From: Lama guanicoe
Taxonomy: Eukaryota
Length of the DNA: 62,000 bases
Reading direction: 5' to 3'
Assembly: GCA_013239625.1 (NCBI GenBank)
Contig: MU053881.1
Location: forward strand, 14,312,373 to 14,374,372
The notes beneath the pieces are model-generated. The model did not search any database and was not told where the DNA came from. It was given only the letters and a program-made list of their open reading frames with translations. Made by a program: the position numbers and the translations under genes. Shown here one piece after another: positions 37,601 to 49,935 of this stretch (the stretch's first letter is position 1; every line of letters starts with the position of its first letter).

Positions 37601-40600
37601 AGAGGTAACCAGTCTCCTTGAACGATCTTCTGACCTTCTTTGGCTACAGCCTGAGCTTTTCCTGGAGAAGGGACAATTTTGTGTCTTCTGATTTGGACCT
37701 ATCACTGATCACATTCTCATTCATTTTTTTTTCTTTTCTTCTTTTAATTTTTAAAATTTTATTTAGGTGGGTAATTAGGTTTATTTATTTATTTTAATGG
37801 AGGTACTGGGGATTGAACCCAGGACCTTGTGCATGCTAAGCACACATTCTACCACTGAGCTATACCCTCCCTGATCTTGTTCATTTCTTATATGGGACCC
37901 AGAAAGCAGAAAATTTTCTCTCATTTGCCAAGGATTTTTCTGAGTATTTTGCACTATCATGCATAGCCTTATTTTTTTTATAATAATGCATTTTTATAAC
38001 ACTTTATAGTTTGCATAGGTTTTTTTATTGACTTTCTTTGTCTTTAAAAAGTTTTATATTTTTTAGTTATTTTCATTGTTTTTTATTGAAGTACAATCAA
38101 TTACAGTGTGTCAATTTCTGGTGTACAGCACAAGGTCCCAGTCTGGCATATACATACATACATATATTCATTTTCATATTTTTCATTGGCTTCTCTTGAC
38201 TACCTTTTTGAGGGGTCTATGAGGGTTATCAGACTGGGGTTGAGGGCTCCTCTGTCAAGTCTGTCAGGTCTGTTGGGCTCCAAAGATTTTCCCTCCTCCT
38301 TGTGGTTTTAACCAGTGTTTGAATCACAGGCCCATTGGAGAATCTGGGGCAAGCTCTGGGTCTTCCACCACCCCCAACAGCATGCTTGTGAAACACACCT
38401 CTGAGAATCCACAGGCCTCAAGTGCCCTGGGGCCTGGAAATTGCCACTTATTGAAGGCTGCTAGCTTACTTTCTGCCTAGTAGTGAAATTCCTAGGAAGT
38501 CAGTGTGAAAACTCTAGAGCTGGGAATGCTGAGGGGTGAGTTTGGGGGGAAAAAATTTGGGAGGAAAAGGAAGCAGAATGATCAGCAGTGTTGTCCTGGA
38601 GCCCCAGGCTCCGTACCTGATGTTCTGGGAGGGGCACCTGGAGAGGGCTGTCCCTTCAGGTCATTCTGGTGGTGGTGTCACAAGGTTGGCAGATTTGGCT
38701 CCAGTGGTCACGTCCTGACCCCTCACTTGGAAGTGCATGCGGGTTCTCTGGAGAGCTATTCTGTCCAATACGGTAGCCACTTGCTATGTGTCTTTTTAAA
38801 TTAAAATGAGTTTAAATGAGATAAAATTAAACACTCGGCTCCTCAGTTAGACTAACAGTATTTCAGGTGCTCAGTAGCCACGTGTGGCTAGTGGCTACCA
38901 TATTAGTGCAGATAATGAACATATCCCTCATAAAAGGAAATTCTGGACAGCGGTGCTCTAGAGCAGTGCTTCTCAGCTGGACCAGCAGATCTCTGCGGGA
39001 ACCTTATTGCGTTGCAGATTCTGATATAGCAGATCTCAGTGGGGACCAAGGGTCCACATTGCTAATCATCTCCCAAGGGGGCCACTGCTGACCCCAGACC
39101 ACACTTGAAGAAGTTGGTCTCTCAGGAGTGGAGATGAGAATGTCTCATTTACTTCAATTTTCATAAATCAATTTATCTAGTAGATGGTTAATCTGACAAA
39201 TGGAAATTATTTTTGAGCCTAAAATGTGTTTGTGGGAATATGGGTTTTAAATTAATCAAAAGGGTCACAAATTAGCATTGTTTTGCCCACTTAAAATAGA
39301 AAGAAAATTAGATGAACAAATAAAATTCAGAAAATAGTTGTTTTTTTCTAGATGAAACATTTGATCTAGGGCCACGGGGCCCTGTTGTTTCAGGCTCTGT
39401 TTCCATTTTCAATCCAAGGTAATCAGATTTTAGAGGTTCCAGGGTTGTTTCTGTATTTCCTTTACATAGTCTATAAAACCATAGTTCAACTTTGTGTTAG
39501 TTTAGAGAGTTTGAGTGTAATAGAAAATGACCACTGGGGAATGGTAATAAGGTTTTTAGAGCAAGAAGCTTTACATATAACAAATAAAATTATGATGGAG
39601 AATGGTCACTTTTATACATGTTTTAGGAGCAAGCTGTATGGTATTTGGGTGGTGTACCTGAAACTAAAAAGATTATATGTAGAAGTTGGCTTCTGGACAA
39701 CGTAATAGATACTACATTTAGGGCTTTCATAGCTTTCCTTAGGAAGAAAAGATTTCTCTGAACTTTTTTTCAATTTGATTTTTACATATATGTCTTCTTA
39801 GGTATTTTCTACTAGTAAAAATTTGCATGCCTTTCTTAATTCCTCCAGTATTTCTGCAGACTTTATTTATAATATGGATCAAATTCTGAACCTTAAAAGG
39901 AGATGATGACATAATTTTGACTACCCTTAAAACTTACCCAAATGGCAAGTCGTGTACTATCAACTGAATGGTGTGCCCCTGCTTCGGTATCTCTGGGACA
40001 ATGAATACGAGAACATAGACCTTTAGAAGGATGCACGTTAATGCACGTCAGCGAACGTCCAACTTTCAGCACACCCATCAAAGAATGCAAGGAGTCAGAA
40101 GAGGAATTTATGGTTTGGAATTTCCTAAAGCCAGATAGCATTAGCACGAGAGGATCTATCAGTCTGAACCCCGGAAGCAGATTTCAGAGCTGACGTCTTC
40201 TTTTTCATCACCCCTAAGGAGGTTCGGTAGATACCAGCCGACTTAGTGCCCAGCAGTCCTTGTTCTTAGCCTGCTTGCAGGTTTTAGCTTTGCTCCTAGG
40301 GTAACATGCTTAGCTTGGCTTGGTCTAGAGCCAAAGGAAGGTCTTGCTGTCCTTGGTGTATTTTTCCTAAGAGTTGGATTTTATTGGTTTTAAAATAGTT
40401 TCCTAAAGTTATCTAGGATCTCAGGAAAATCCCTTTTGAAGTGGTTTTATCAGGAAGTAAAGCAGCATGCAGAATGTTTGAGAAAAGTCTCGTAAATGAG
40501 AAGGTACTATTCATTCATTTAAGTGACAGTTACTGAGTGCCTCTGTCGGAGTACAGTGGTTGTTGATGACAATGGCAACCATGATTTCTCTCATTTAAAT

Positions 40601-43600
40601 TTCCCAGTAACCCTATGAAGTGGGTAGTTTCACTGAGTTTCTAGATGAGGAACTGGACGTGAGTGAGTAAGAACTTCGCTGAGGTCAGACAACTAGCGGA
40701 GAGGACATGGCGGTTGGATGGAGATTTGGCCTTGTTCTCTTGAACTCTGGTGCCAACCTGCCACCCTCCCTGCTTTCCCAGAGCTCCCACAGGCTCACTG
40801 GTATTGGACATCACTTCCAGCTCCGAGGAGCTCAGAGGTGATCCAGTGCAGTTAGAGGGTAGACAGTTGGGCTAAGGCTTCAGAAGATGTTTTTTAAAAG
40901 GTCATTCTCACTAATTTAATCTCACTTGCTCAGTAAACCTTCATTTTGTGCCAGATCTGAGGATGCAGCAGGGAGTCCTGAAAGCTCACAAATCAGGAGA
41001 GGGAGACTCGGGAGAGAGGGTGACCAGAGAAAGGGTGATGAAGCCAGAGAGAGGGAGACAACCTGTCAGCCAGAGGAGAGCTCGTGGCGTGTGGATGACG
41101 GGACACTAGAATCCACCCGAAGTCAGGCTGCGAGACAGAAGCACACCCCTAGAACATGACTGTGATGTGGATGAGAGGCTTTGTCTAGGCAGAGAATGCA
41201 TGACATTCTAGGCTGGGGACAAGCACGTGTGCAGGGAAGGCATGGAGCAGTGTGATTCCACCAGGTGTGGGTAGAGGGCACAGCACTGGGAGGGAGACTC
41301 TGTAGGGTGACTGCTGCTGTCTGATCCAGCATGGCCTTGAACTCCTCGCTAAGCAAGGAGTGAGCATGAAGTTTATTCCATTCCTTGTATAAGTACTTCT
41401 CAAACTACTCCAGCCTTTCTGAGGTATTGGTCCTGGATCAGAAGAAAGATGAATGGTCATAAGCCATTCTTCACCATCCATTCTTCAGACATGTCTTGAG
41501 ACACTCATTTATCTTTCTGATTGAGCCCTTCAGTGGTTTAAGGGCTCCTGCTCTTCTCATTAAAGTTGCTTTCTCCTTTATTCATCACTTCCTCCTGCCC
41601 AAATGTAATATCTTTTGGCCATTGTCCTTTTTGATCGTCTCTCTTCTCCAGCAGCACTATTAAACCTCTTACCTCTTTTCCTTCATTCCTAGAGCGGATG
41701 AGTGCCCGCTGTGGGCTCAGCCCTAGCACAGACACCAAGAAGAGGGACTCCCAGCCGAGCTCCATGTGCCTTGGCTTCTGCTCCCTCCTTTGACTGGAAC
41801 TCATCAGCTCTCACCCGAGTTTTTAACTTCTTCACTTACCCCGCTTAAGTCTAGAGACATTTGCCTTCAAACTCTTCATTTCTACTCTGTCAGTTTGACG
41901 TCTCTAGCTTCTACCTTTCCTTCAGTTCAGTTCAACAAACTTTTGCTCAGTTAGTGTGCCAAGTATGGTGCCGGCTTGCTGTTTCCAAAATGAGTAGGCT
42001 GAGGCCTTCGTCATGCCCGGGCCAGCCGCGGTAAACGCCTTAAACAGAACGGAGAAGGGAGTAATGAATCCAGGCTGAGACAGGCCAACCCATCAGCCTT
42101 GGACTTGTCAGAGGAGGACTTCCCCAAGTCCAGAGGAGGGAGGAGGTCAGAGAGGCGCTGGTGAAGAGCCTCAAACCTTGCAAAGGGGTCTGAGTGTACT
42201 GGAACAGGCAGTGAGAAGCCATTTCACCTTGGGTGAGGCGAGAGATGAGAAGTTGTGGTTTTGAGTCAGAAATTTAGCCGTAGTGTTGGTCATGACCAAT
42301 CCATGGGCAAGTTAGGAACTTTTCACAGACTTAAACTTATTCTTTCATTTAAGGTTGCTCTTTTATTCAGGTCCTGCAGAGTTTTTCTTGCATCATATTA
42401 AATAATTTTCCTTGTTTCCTGGTGCCCAAGCCAGCCCCTGATACAAAGCTTCATTTTGCTAAAATGACCATAATAATTTCCACAGTTGAACCTGGGTATC
42501 GGTACACATTGCCAACCCCCATTTACTTAGCTGTTTTTGTTTCATTGTTTGGAGGTTTGTTTTTAGAATGACTCTACAAACATCACCGCATCCACTACAC
42601 TCACTGCAGATTGATTTTTCCCAGTTTCCCTTTTACAAAGAAGCTTCTTTTAAAATGCCAGGGGCATCTGACTCGTGGGCTGCATTCCCTTCTGGAACTT
42701 GGCATCCTCTGTGAATTTCTAGGTTTTCCATCAAGGTTTTGTTTCCTCAGGGTCAGGAACATGTCTTCTAATTTTTGTTCTGTACTTAAGTCTGGCTCCA
42801 GGAGGTACATGATATTATTAACAGTTTTTGTCAGCTAAGACAATTGTAGAAATGAGAATAATTAAGGGATTTGATTCAGTCTTTGGTTGGGGTGTTAGCA
42901 TCCTTGTTGCTCTCAGAGAAGCTTTTTCAAGAAGGATCCTATGCTGTAGGGATACGACCTCTGAGTATATCTCTGAATCACGTTCTTTGGTAACAAGTCA
43001 GACAGTAAAAGACAAATAATGTATGTTTTCACTTATATGTGGAACCAAACAAACAAATATAGCAAAGCAGAAACAGACTCGCAGATACAAAGAACAAACT
43101 CATGGTTTGTGGAGTGGAGACGGGGTGGTGGGGAGAGGCTCAATAGGTGAAGGGGGTTAAAAGGTACAAACCCCTAGGTATGAAATAGATAAGCTACAAG
43201 GATGTAATGTACAGCACAGGGAACAGAGTCAATATTTTATAGTAACTTTGTTCAGAGTATAAACTATAAAAATATTGAATCACTATGGTGTACACCTGAA
43301 ATTAATGTAACAGTGTAAGTCAACTATACTTCAATAACAAAGTAAGTAAAGAAATGAATACCCCAAAATAATTAAATTAAATTAAATGATACTTTTTTCA
43401 GGAAAGCAGATTGTTCCATAATTTGGAAAAATAAATTATAGCTAAAAGTAGGAGCTATAATTTGCTGTTGATAGACGCCAGGAGGTGACTTACGTTCTGT
43501 TCATCCCCACATTCCTTTCTCCTTCTACAGTGACCAGGATACAGTCGTGCCTTCAGTAAACGTTTGTCCTGTAAATATTGAATAAGTGGGATTGGAGGAT

Positions 43601-46600
43601 GATACAGCTGCATGCTTTCATTTTCTGGCATGATTCTGTGTGGCTCTCAATAGTTCTGTTACAGACTGGTTTTGTTGAGCATTGATTTTAAAAGGATATT
43701 CACAGATCCATTTTTTAATTTCGATTTTCCTCAGATGTCTATTTACTTATAGGATTTATGATTTCTCCTTCAGTGGAATTTTACTTCATAAACATTAACG
43801 TTTTGTTTTGTTTTAATGCAGATACTTGGTTGGGTAGAACATGGCATGTCCTTGCTAGGGGTGCCAGGCAGACCTTGTTTCTCTCCCCACAGACCCCATT
43901 CACTTGCTTACAGTCTGTTCAGTTGTCTCAGCTATCTGTTGCTGTGTAACAAATTACTCCAAACCTAGTGGCTTAAAACAACATATGTTTATGACCTCAG
44001 TTTCTGAACTCGGCTAAGCTGGGTCCTTTGCTCAGGATCTCACAAGGCTGGTCTATGTTCCTGTCTAAAGCTCAGGCTCCTCTTCCTGTCTCACAGGGTT
44101 GTTGGCAGAACTCAGTTCCTTGCAGTTTTAGAACTGAGGTTCCTGTTTTTTTGCTGGCTGTCAGCTGGGGTCTGCTCTCATCTCCAAGAAGCTGCCTGCA
44201 GTTCCCCACCCCCAGCCCTCTCACAAAGTGGCAGCTGTCTTCAAGGCCAGCAGGTGACGTTCTCCAGGCCACTAAGGTGAAGTCATAGACAATGTTAACA
44301 TAATTATGAGAGAGACTATGTCATCACTTTTGCCACTTTGCAAGTCACAGATTCTGCCCAAACTCAAGGAGAGAGGATTGTATGCAGTGAGGGCCACCTT
44401 AGGGTTTGTCTGTCACAGAAATGTATTCATCCCCTTTGGTGATGCTGTGGACTCACTGGTCTGTCCTACTTTATGTGATTAATTACATAATTAATCACTG
44501 ATGGCTTGCTGTCAGCTGCTTTATTGCCTCTAGGCTAAGAACATGCTCCAAGGTTAAGAACATGCTAAAAGGTTATGTACTTTTAATAATAAACAACAAA
44601 AACATTCTGTGAAATTACTCTTGTGTTCATTACAAGGCGATGTTTTATAAGCAGGAAACTGACCTGGGAATAAACTTCCTAGAGTCCCCTTTGGGAAGGA
44701 GAGCAGCCAACTTCATTCTCTTTCCTCATATTTTTCAAATTACATTTACAGAAGATAACAAACTCTAACTGGAGTCCATTTTCATTAATGATAATACTGC
44801 TTCAATGGAAGGAAAACATTTTGGCATGATACCATGTGTGATCAATTACTGTATACTGTGTAAGAAAGACTAGCGTTTGGGTTTCAATTTACAGAACACC
44901 AAATCTCATCCCGCATGAACATTTTCATATTTGGGGTTCAGAGACGTGTATCTAAGTTCTGCACCCCAACTCTAGCCTTTTGGAGGGCCTCCCACAGGGA
45001 CGCATGGTGAATTTGGAAGGCACCTGGAAATGAGGACATCCTCCCATAGATTAACGGCTGTGGTGGATGTCTGACCTTTCTCATGACGTTAATCACCCTG
45101 AACCTCCATGAAGTTAACTGATTTTCAGGTACACTACCTGGCCCTTGCAGCATCTTTTAATAATGGATGCTTGGATGACTGCATTACAGGATTTAAAATC
45201 ATAATAATCGTCAATTTAAAAATAATGGCATAGTACTCATCAGAGCTATTGTCTGAAGTTCTGACAGGTATACACACCATCGAGACTGCAGTTACCTTCA
45301 TGCTCTCTCTCTCACATGATCAAATTCTCTCCCTAGACTGGCTCTTGGGCATTTAAACATGTGCTGGTGTCTCCTATCTTTAAAAACACACAGAGAAACA
45401 AAAACCTCCCCTGACTCACCCTGTCCTGATTTGTACCTGGGGTTTGTTTTAATCAGGTATGATAGGATGTCAGATGAGGAGACAACTTTGAAAGAAGAGT
45501 TTATCACTTACAGTTCCTGAAAGAAGGAGGCAGGCCACCCCTGACAGGGCCACGTGGGGAAGTTAGGAGGCAGAAGGGGCGAGGGGAAAGCCTGGCCTGG
45601 AGCCCTTACTGTGATTTCCAGGGAGGCAAGGTAGACAATTTGAGCACATTTAGGGTTGGATAGTTTAAATAATTTCTGCAGGCTCTGGGCTAGGGAGTGA
45701 CCTCTTCTTGTCTCGTACCTGGCCCTGGGGTGATTTAGGGCTGAGGGGGATGTTGGCTGGTGCTGAAGTTAAAGGATGTAGTTAAAGGTAGATAAGGAGG
45801 TAAAGATAAAGGAAGAGTGTAGGTTTTGGATTTGCGTTTGCATATGAAAGGCACACTCTCTGACAAGCTGTTTGCTGTATCTGGATTTAGCTAGCCCTGA
45901 GAAGGACCATCTCCCTGGATGTCAAGACATCATAAGAAACAGAAAATTTAAAACAGGATCAACCCACGCCCTCTCTTAGCACTTTCTGCATTTCTTTACT
46001 CTCCTTTGTGATCAAATGTCAAGAAAGAGTTTGTGGTCGCTACTTCCACTTCCTCTCCCATCTCCACCCACAGTCTCCCAACCTTCTCCTCCCGCTGCTG
46101 AGTTACCAGTGACCTCCATGTTGCTAAATCCAAGGTCTCTTCCGGGGTAGTTTCCTGCTTCATCTCACAGAAGCACTTCTCACAAATTGCTCTTCTTTCC
46201 TTGAAACTGTTGTTCCTGGTTCCTCCTCACAGGCAGTTTGTGGCCCAGTCTCCCCTACAGGCTTTTCTCATCTGCTTGACCCCTGCAATGTGCCTAAGTC
46301 TGGGCCCCAGGCCCCTCTCTGCCTACATTCTCCTATGGTGATTCCCTCAAGGCTTGTGGCTTGAAGTGCCCTCTCTCTGCCCAGGACTCTGTCTTCACAT
46401 TGTTTCTCTCCAGCCTTCGGTCTGTGTCCATGTGCCAGCTGCCTGTGTGGGATACCTCCTCTTGGGTAGCTACCCATAGGTATCTCAAGTGTAATCTGAT
46501 CAAGGCACAAGCCTCCTTTCTAGACCCTCTTCCCCCAAACCTGCTGCCCTCCAGGCTCCCCTGTTGAAGTTAATGGTGTTTCTATGGATGCAGTTGCTCA

Positions 46601-49600
46601 GGCCTAAAACTGTAGATATCCTTGAATCTCCTCTTTCCCTAAAACCCCCCACCAGTTAGTCAGGAGGTTCTGTTGATTCCATTCCCCAAACCAAAGATGT
46701 ATCTACTTCTTGTGTCTACTACCATAAATCTGAACTAAGCCAGCAGCATTTCTGGACTATTCCAGCTGTAGTAGCTTCCAAATTGGTGTTCCTGGATCCA
46801 CATTTGCCTTCCAGTCCAGGCTCCGGAGAACAACCACAGTGATCTTCTTAAAATGTAGTTCACTTAAGGATAGGCAGATAGATCAGTGGAATAGAATTGA
46901 AAGTACAGAAATAAACCCACACATCTATGGTCAACCGACTATTTGACAAGGATGTCAAAACCATTTAATGGGTAAAGAATAGTCTCTTCAACAAATGGTG
47001 TTGGGAAAACTGGATCTCCACATGCAAAAGAATGAAGTTGGACCCTTAGCTTACACCATGTACAAAAATTAACTAAAATGGGTGGCATACCTAAGTGTAA
47101 GAACTAAACCTATTTTTAAAAAACCTATTAGATGAAAACACAGGCATAAACTTTTGTAACCTTGAATTAAGCGATGATTTCTTAGATATGACACCTAAAG
47201 CATAAGCAAGAAAAGAAAAATAGGTAATTTAGATTTCATCAAAATGAAAAACTTTTGTGCTTCAGAGGACGCTATAAACAAAGTCAAAAGACAACTCACA
47301 AAATGGGAGGAAAGATTTGCACATCATACATCTGATTAGTGTCTAGTATCCAGAATATATAAGGAACTCTTACAACTCAACTCAATGATAAAAACATTTG
47401 ATAAAGACACAAATAGCCCAACTTAAAAATGACCAAAGGATTTGAATAGACATTTTTCTAAAGAAGAATGGCTGATAAAGACACGAAAAGATGGACCACA
47501 TCACTAGCCGTTAGACAAATGCAAATCAAAACCTCACACCCACTGGATTGGCTATAACAAATGTTGGTGAGGATTTGGAGAAATTGGACCCTTCATATGC
47601 TGATGGGAATGTAAAATGGTGCAGCCACTATGCAAATGTATGATATTTCCTCAAAAAGTTAAACATAGTTACCGTATGACCCAACCATTTTCCCTAGGCA
47701 GGTGCTCACACTAAAATGTGTACATGACTGTTCATAATAGCCAAAAGGCGGAAATAACCCAAATGTCCATCAACTAATGAATGTATAAACAAAATACATT
47801 CATACAATGGAATATTAGTTGGCCACATAAAGGGAATGAAGCCCTGATATACAACAACTTGGACGAACCATGGAAACACGCTATGTGAAAGAAGCCAGTC
47901 ATAAAAGGCCACATACTATATGATTTCCATTTATGTGAAATGTGCAGAAGAGAAATCTGTAGACACAGATTAGTGGTGGCTGAGTGGGAGGAGGGGACAA
48001 TGTGGAATGACTGTTAATGAGAACAGAGTTTCTTCTTAGGGTGATGAGTCCTGAAATTAGGTGGTGGTGATAGCTGCACATCATGAATTTACTAAAAGCC
48101 ACCAAATTGTATATACGCTTAAAGGCAAATTTTATGGTGTTTGAATTACATCTTAAGAAAACCAACAGTAATAAAAATGTAATACATGTCATGTGATAAC
48201 CACTCTGTAAAATCCTCCATTGCTTCCTGTGTAAGTTTTCTGTTGCCACTGTGACAAATGACCACACAAATTTGGCAGGGAGGCTCAGTGGTAGAGCACA
48301 TGCTTAGCGTGAACAAGGTCCTGGGTTCAAGCCCCAGTACCTCCATTAAAAAGTAAGTAAATAAATAAATAAACCAAATCACCTCCCCCCTCAAAAAAAA
48401 ACACACAAAAAAATTTAAAAACTAAAAAAAAACACACACAAATTTATTATCTTCCATTTCTGTAGGTTCTAAGTCCAACATGGCTCTCACTGGGCTAAAA
48501 CTCAAGGAGTCAGCAGGGCCTTCCTTCTAGAGGAGAGTCCATTTCCTTGCCTTTTCCAGCTTCTTGAGGCCGCCTGCATTTCTCTGCTCGTAATCCCTTC
48601 CTCCATCTTCAAAGCCCACAACATGATATCTCTGACCCTATGTGGTCACATCTCTTTCACTGATCACAGTTGGGAGTTTGTCCACTTGGAAGGACGCATG
48701 GGATTAGATTGGGCCCATCTGTATAATCTAGGTTAATCTTCCCATCTCAAGGTCCTTATCTTTAATCACCTGCAGAGTTCTTTTTCCCTTGTAAGTAGTT
48801 CTGCGGATTAGCATCTGGACATCTTTGCGGGCCATTCTTCTGCCAACCACAGTTTTCATCACAGATGAACAAAAGCCAGAGTCATTCCCCTGACCTACAA
48901 AGCTTTTCCAGTCAGCCCCAAATGTCACGTCAACTGATGAATGTATAAACAAAATATACTCATACAATGCCTCTCTAACTTCCCCAGATGCCTCTCTGTA
49001 ACCCCTTACTCTACAGCAGTCTGGTCTCTTAAAAAGCCAAGTATGTTCTCACCCAGGGCCTTGGCACTGGCTGTTCCCTCCGCCAAAATATTTACTATCT
49101 TCAGACCTTTTCCTGCTTGACTTCTTGTCACCTTGATCTTGGCTTTGGTGTCACCTTAGAGACATGCAAACTCCCATAAACATTCTGGCCATCACTCTAG
49201 TTTAAGTCACCACAAAACACTTGCCATTTGTGTGTGTTTGTGTGTGTGTGGTGTCTCTCACCACCTCCATCTTGACTGCCACATGACTAGGAACCTTATC
49301 TGTCTGTGTCTCCATGACACTGGGGTTGTACGTGGCCCATTGTAGCTGCTCACTAACCACCTGCTCAGTTAATGTCACAGGACACTGGGATAGGATGGCT
49401 GGGACTTCTGCTCATGCACCAGAGTGCTGCTATCTGGTAACAGTGTGAACCCAGCTTTCAGATTATTGGACCTTGAGATTTCAATAGCTCTTGATGAGTT
49501 ATTTGCATTATTTAAATTTGCGTTGTTTGCATTGTCTAAAGGGAAGTGTTTTAAATAGTTGTATATTACTCTATTAGAATTTTATACAAATTTTTTTCTT

Positions 49601-49935
49601 TTTTGGTTGAGGGGAAGTAATCGGGTTTATTTATTTATTATTTTATTTTAATGGCAGTACTGGGGGTTGAACCCAGGACCTCGTGCATGCTAGGCATGCA
49701 CTCTACCACCGAGCTATACCCTCCCCACTGAATTTAGAACAAATTGAATTCCTTTGAAATGCTATGGTACTGTCCCTCCTGGCAGACTCAGTATAGAAGA
49801 CCTTTACTCTCATGCACAGAATAACTCTTTCTCACATACTCCTCTGTCGCCTCTCTTTCAGAAAACATGCTCTGAATTGCCATCGGATGAAACCCGCTCT
49901 CTTCAGTGTGTTCTGTGAGATCAAGGAAAAGACAG
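34425..49935 (+). CDS. PBX4: Pre-B-cell leukemia homeobox 4, partial: exons 1-2 (PBC-A region); the gene continues beyond the window
   Basis: join(34425-34567,49862-49935): [16 protein letters not shown]...[46 protein letters not shown]. Phase-2 junction is consistent. The paralogue call rests on the short proline-rich N-terminus and synteny with LPAR2/GMIP. No exon 3 found before 62000. Confidence 0.93.
36854..36992 (-). mobile_element. tRNA-derived SINE (Vic-1-like)
   Basis: ...gaggtactggagattgaacccaggaccttgcacatgctaagc...ctctaccactgagctataccc with a T-rich tail. Confidence 0.85.
37724..37871 (-). mobile_element. tRNA-derived SINE (Vic-1-like)
   Basis: Same family body and tail as the other copies. 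Confidence 0.85.
38068..38185 (-). mobile_element. L1 extreme 3' end fragment
   Basis: ttttattgaagtacaatcaattacagtgtgtcaatttctggtgtacagc is typical of a reverse L1 3' terminus. Confidence 0.6.
38757..38955. mobile_element. MER3/MER33-like hAT-Charlie DNA transposon
   Basis: ctgtccaata...gtagccac...cacgtgtggctagtggctaccatatt...ggacagcg, with inverted ends ctgtcca / tggacag. Confidence 0.65.
42995..43390 (+). mobile_element. L1 3' UTR fragment with A-rich tail
   Basis: aagtcagacag...cacttatatgtggaa...tacacctgaaattaatgtaa...gtcaactatacttcaataa. Confidence 0.75.
43925..44415. mobile_element. MaLR (MLT1-type) solo LTR
   Basis: gctgtgtaacaaattactccaaacctagtggcttaaaacaac...gttggcagaactcagttccttgcag are MLT1-type hallmarks. 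Confidence 0.7.
45432..45960. mobile_element. Probable old ERV LTR
   Basis: Begins TGT; gagtttatcacttacagttcc...gggttggatagtttaaataattt resembles ancient LTR families; family not determined. Confidence 0.35.
46865..48165 (+). mobile_element. L1 (L1M-type) ORF2 3' part plus 3' UTR, degenerate
   Basis: gatcagtggaatagaattgaaag...aaataaacccacacatctatggtcaa...tcttcaacaaatggtgttgggaaaactggat...catgcaaaagaatgaagttggacc are classic L1 ORF2 end sequences. Confidence 0.9.
48228..48850. mobile_element. MaLR (MLT1-type) solo LTR interrupted by a SINE
   Basis: gtgacaaatgaccacacaaattt | SINE | aatttattatctt...gattagattgggcccatc...ataatct...ttaatcacctgcagagt. Confidence 0.7.
48274..48432 (+). mobile_element. 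tRNA-derived SINE (Vic-1-like)
   Basis: gctcagtggtagagcacatgcttagc...ggtcctgggttcaagccccagtacctcc, A-rich tail, target-site duplication CACACAAATTT. Confidence 0.88.
49590..49726 (-). mobile_element. tRNA-derived SINE (Vic-1-like)
   Basis: Same family; flanking near-duplicates gaattttatacaaatt / gaatttagaacaaatt. Confidence 0.85.

Noticed and set aside
39903..40193. Calling a C/D-box snoRNA/scaRNA from ATGATGA...CTGA
   Set aside because: The terminal pairing overlaps box C rather than forming canonical kink-turn geometry, and I recognise no rRNA/snRNA guide; kept only as one hypothesis in the findings.
39895..40222. Shine-Dalgarno-like AAGGAG / TAAGGAGG motifs suggesting a bacterial gene
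   Set aside because: Followed only by a 3-codon ORF or by no start codon; expected by chance.
48274..48350. tRNA genes (this and the other tRNA-like heads)
   Set aside because: They carry A-rich tails and target-site duplications and are mutually diverged: SINEs, not tRNAs.
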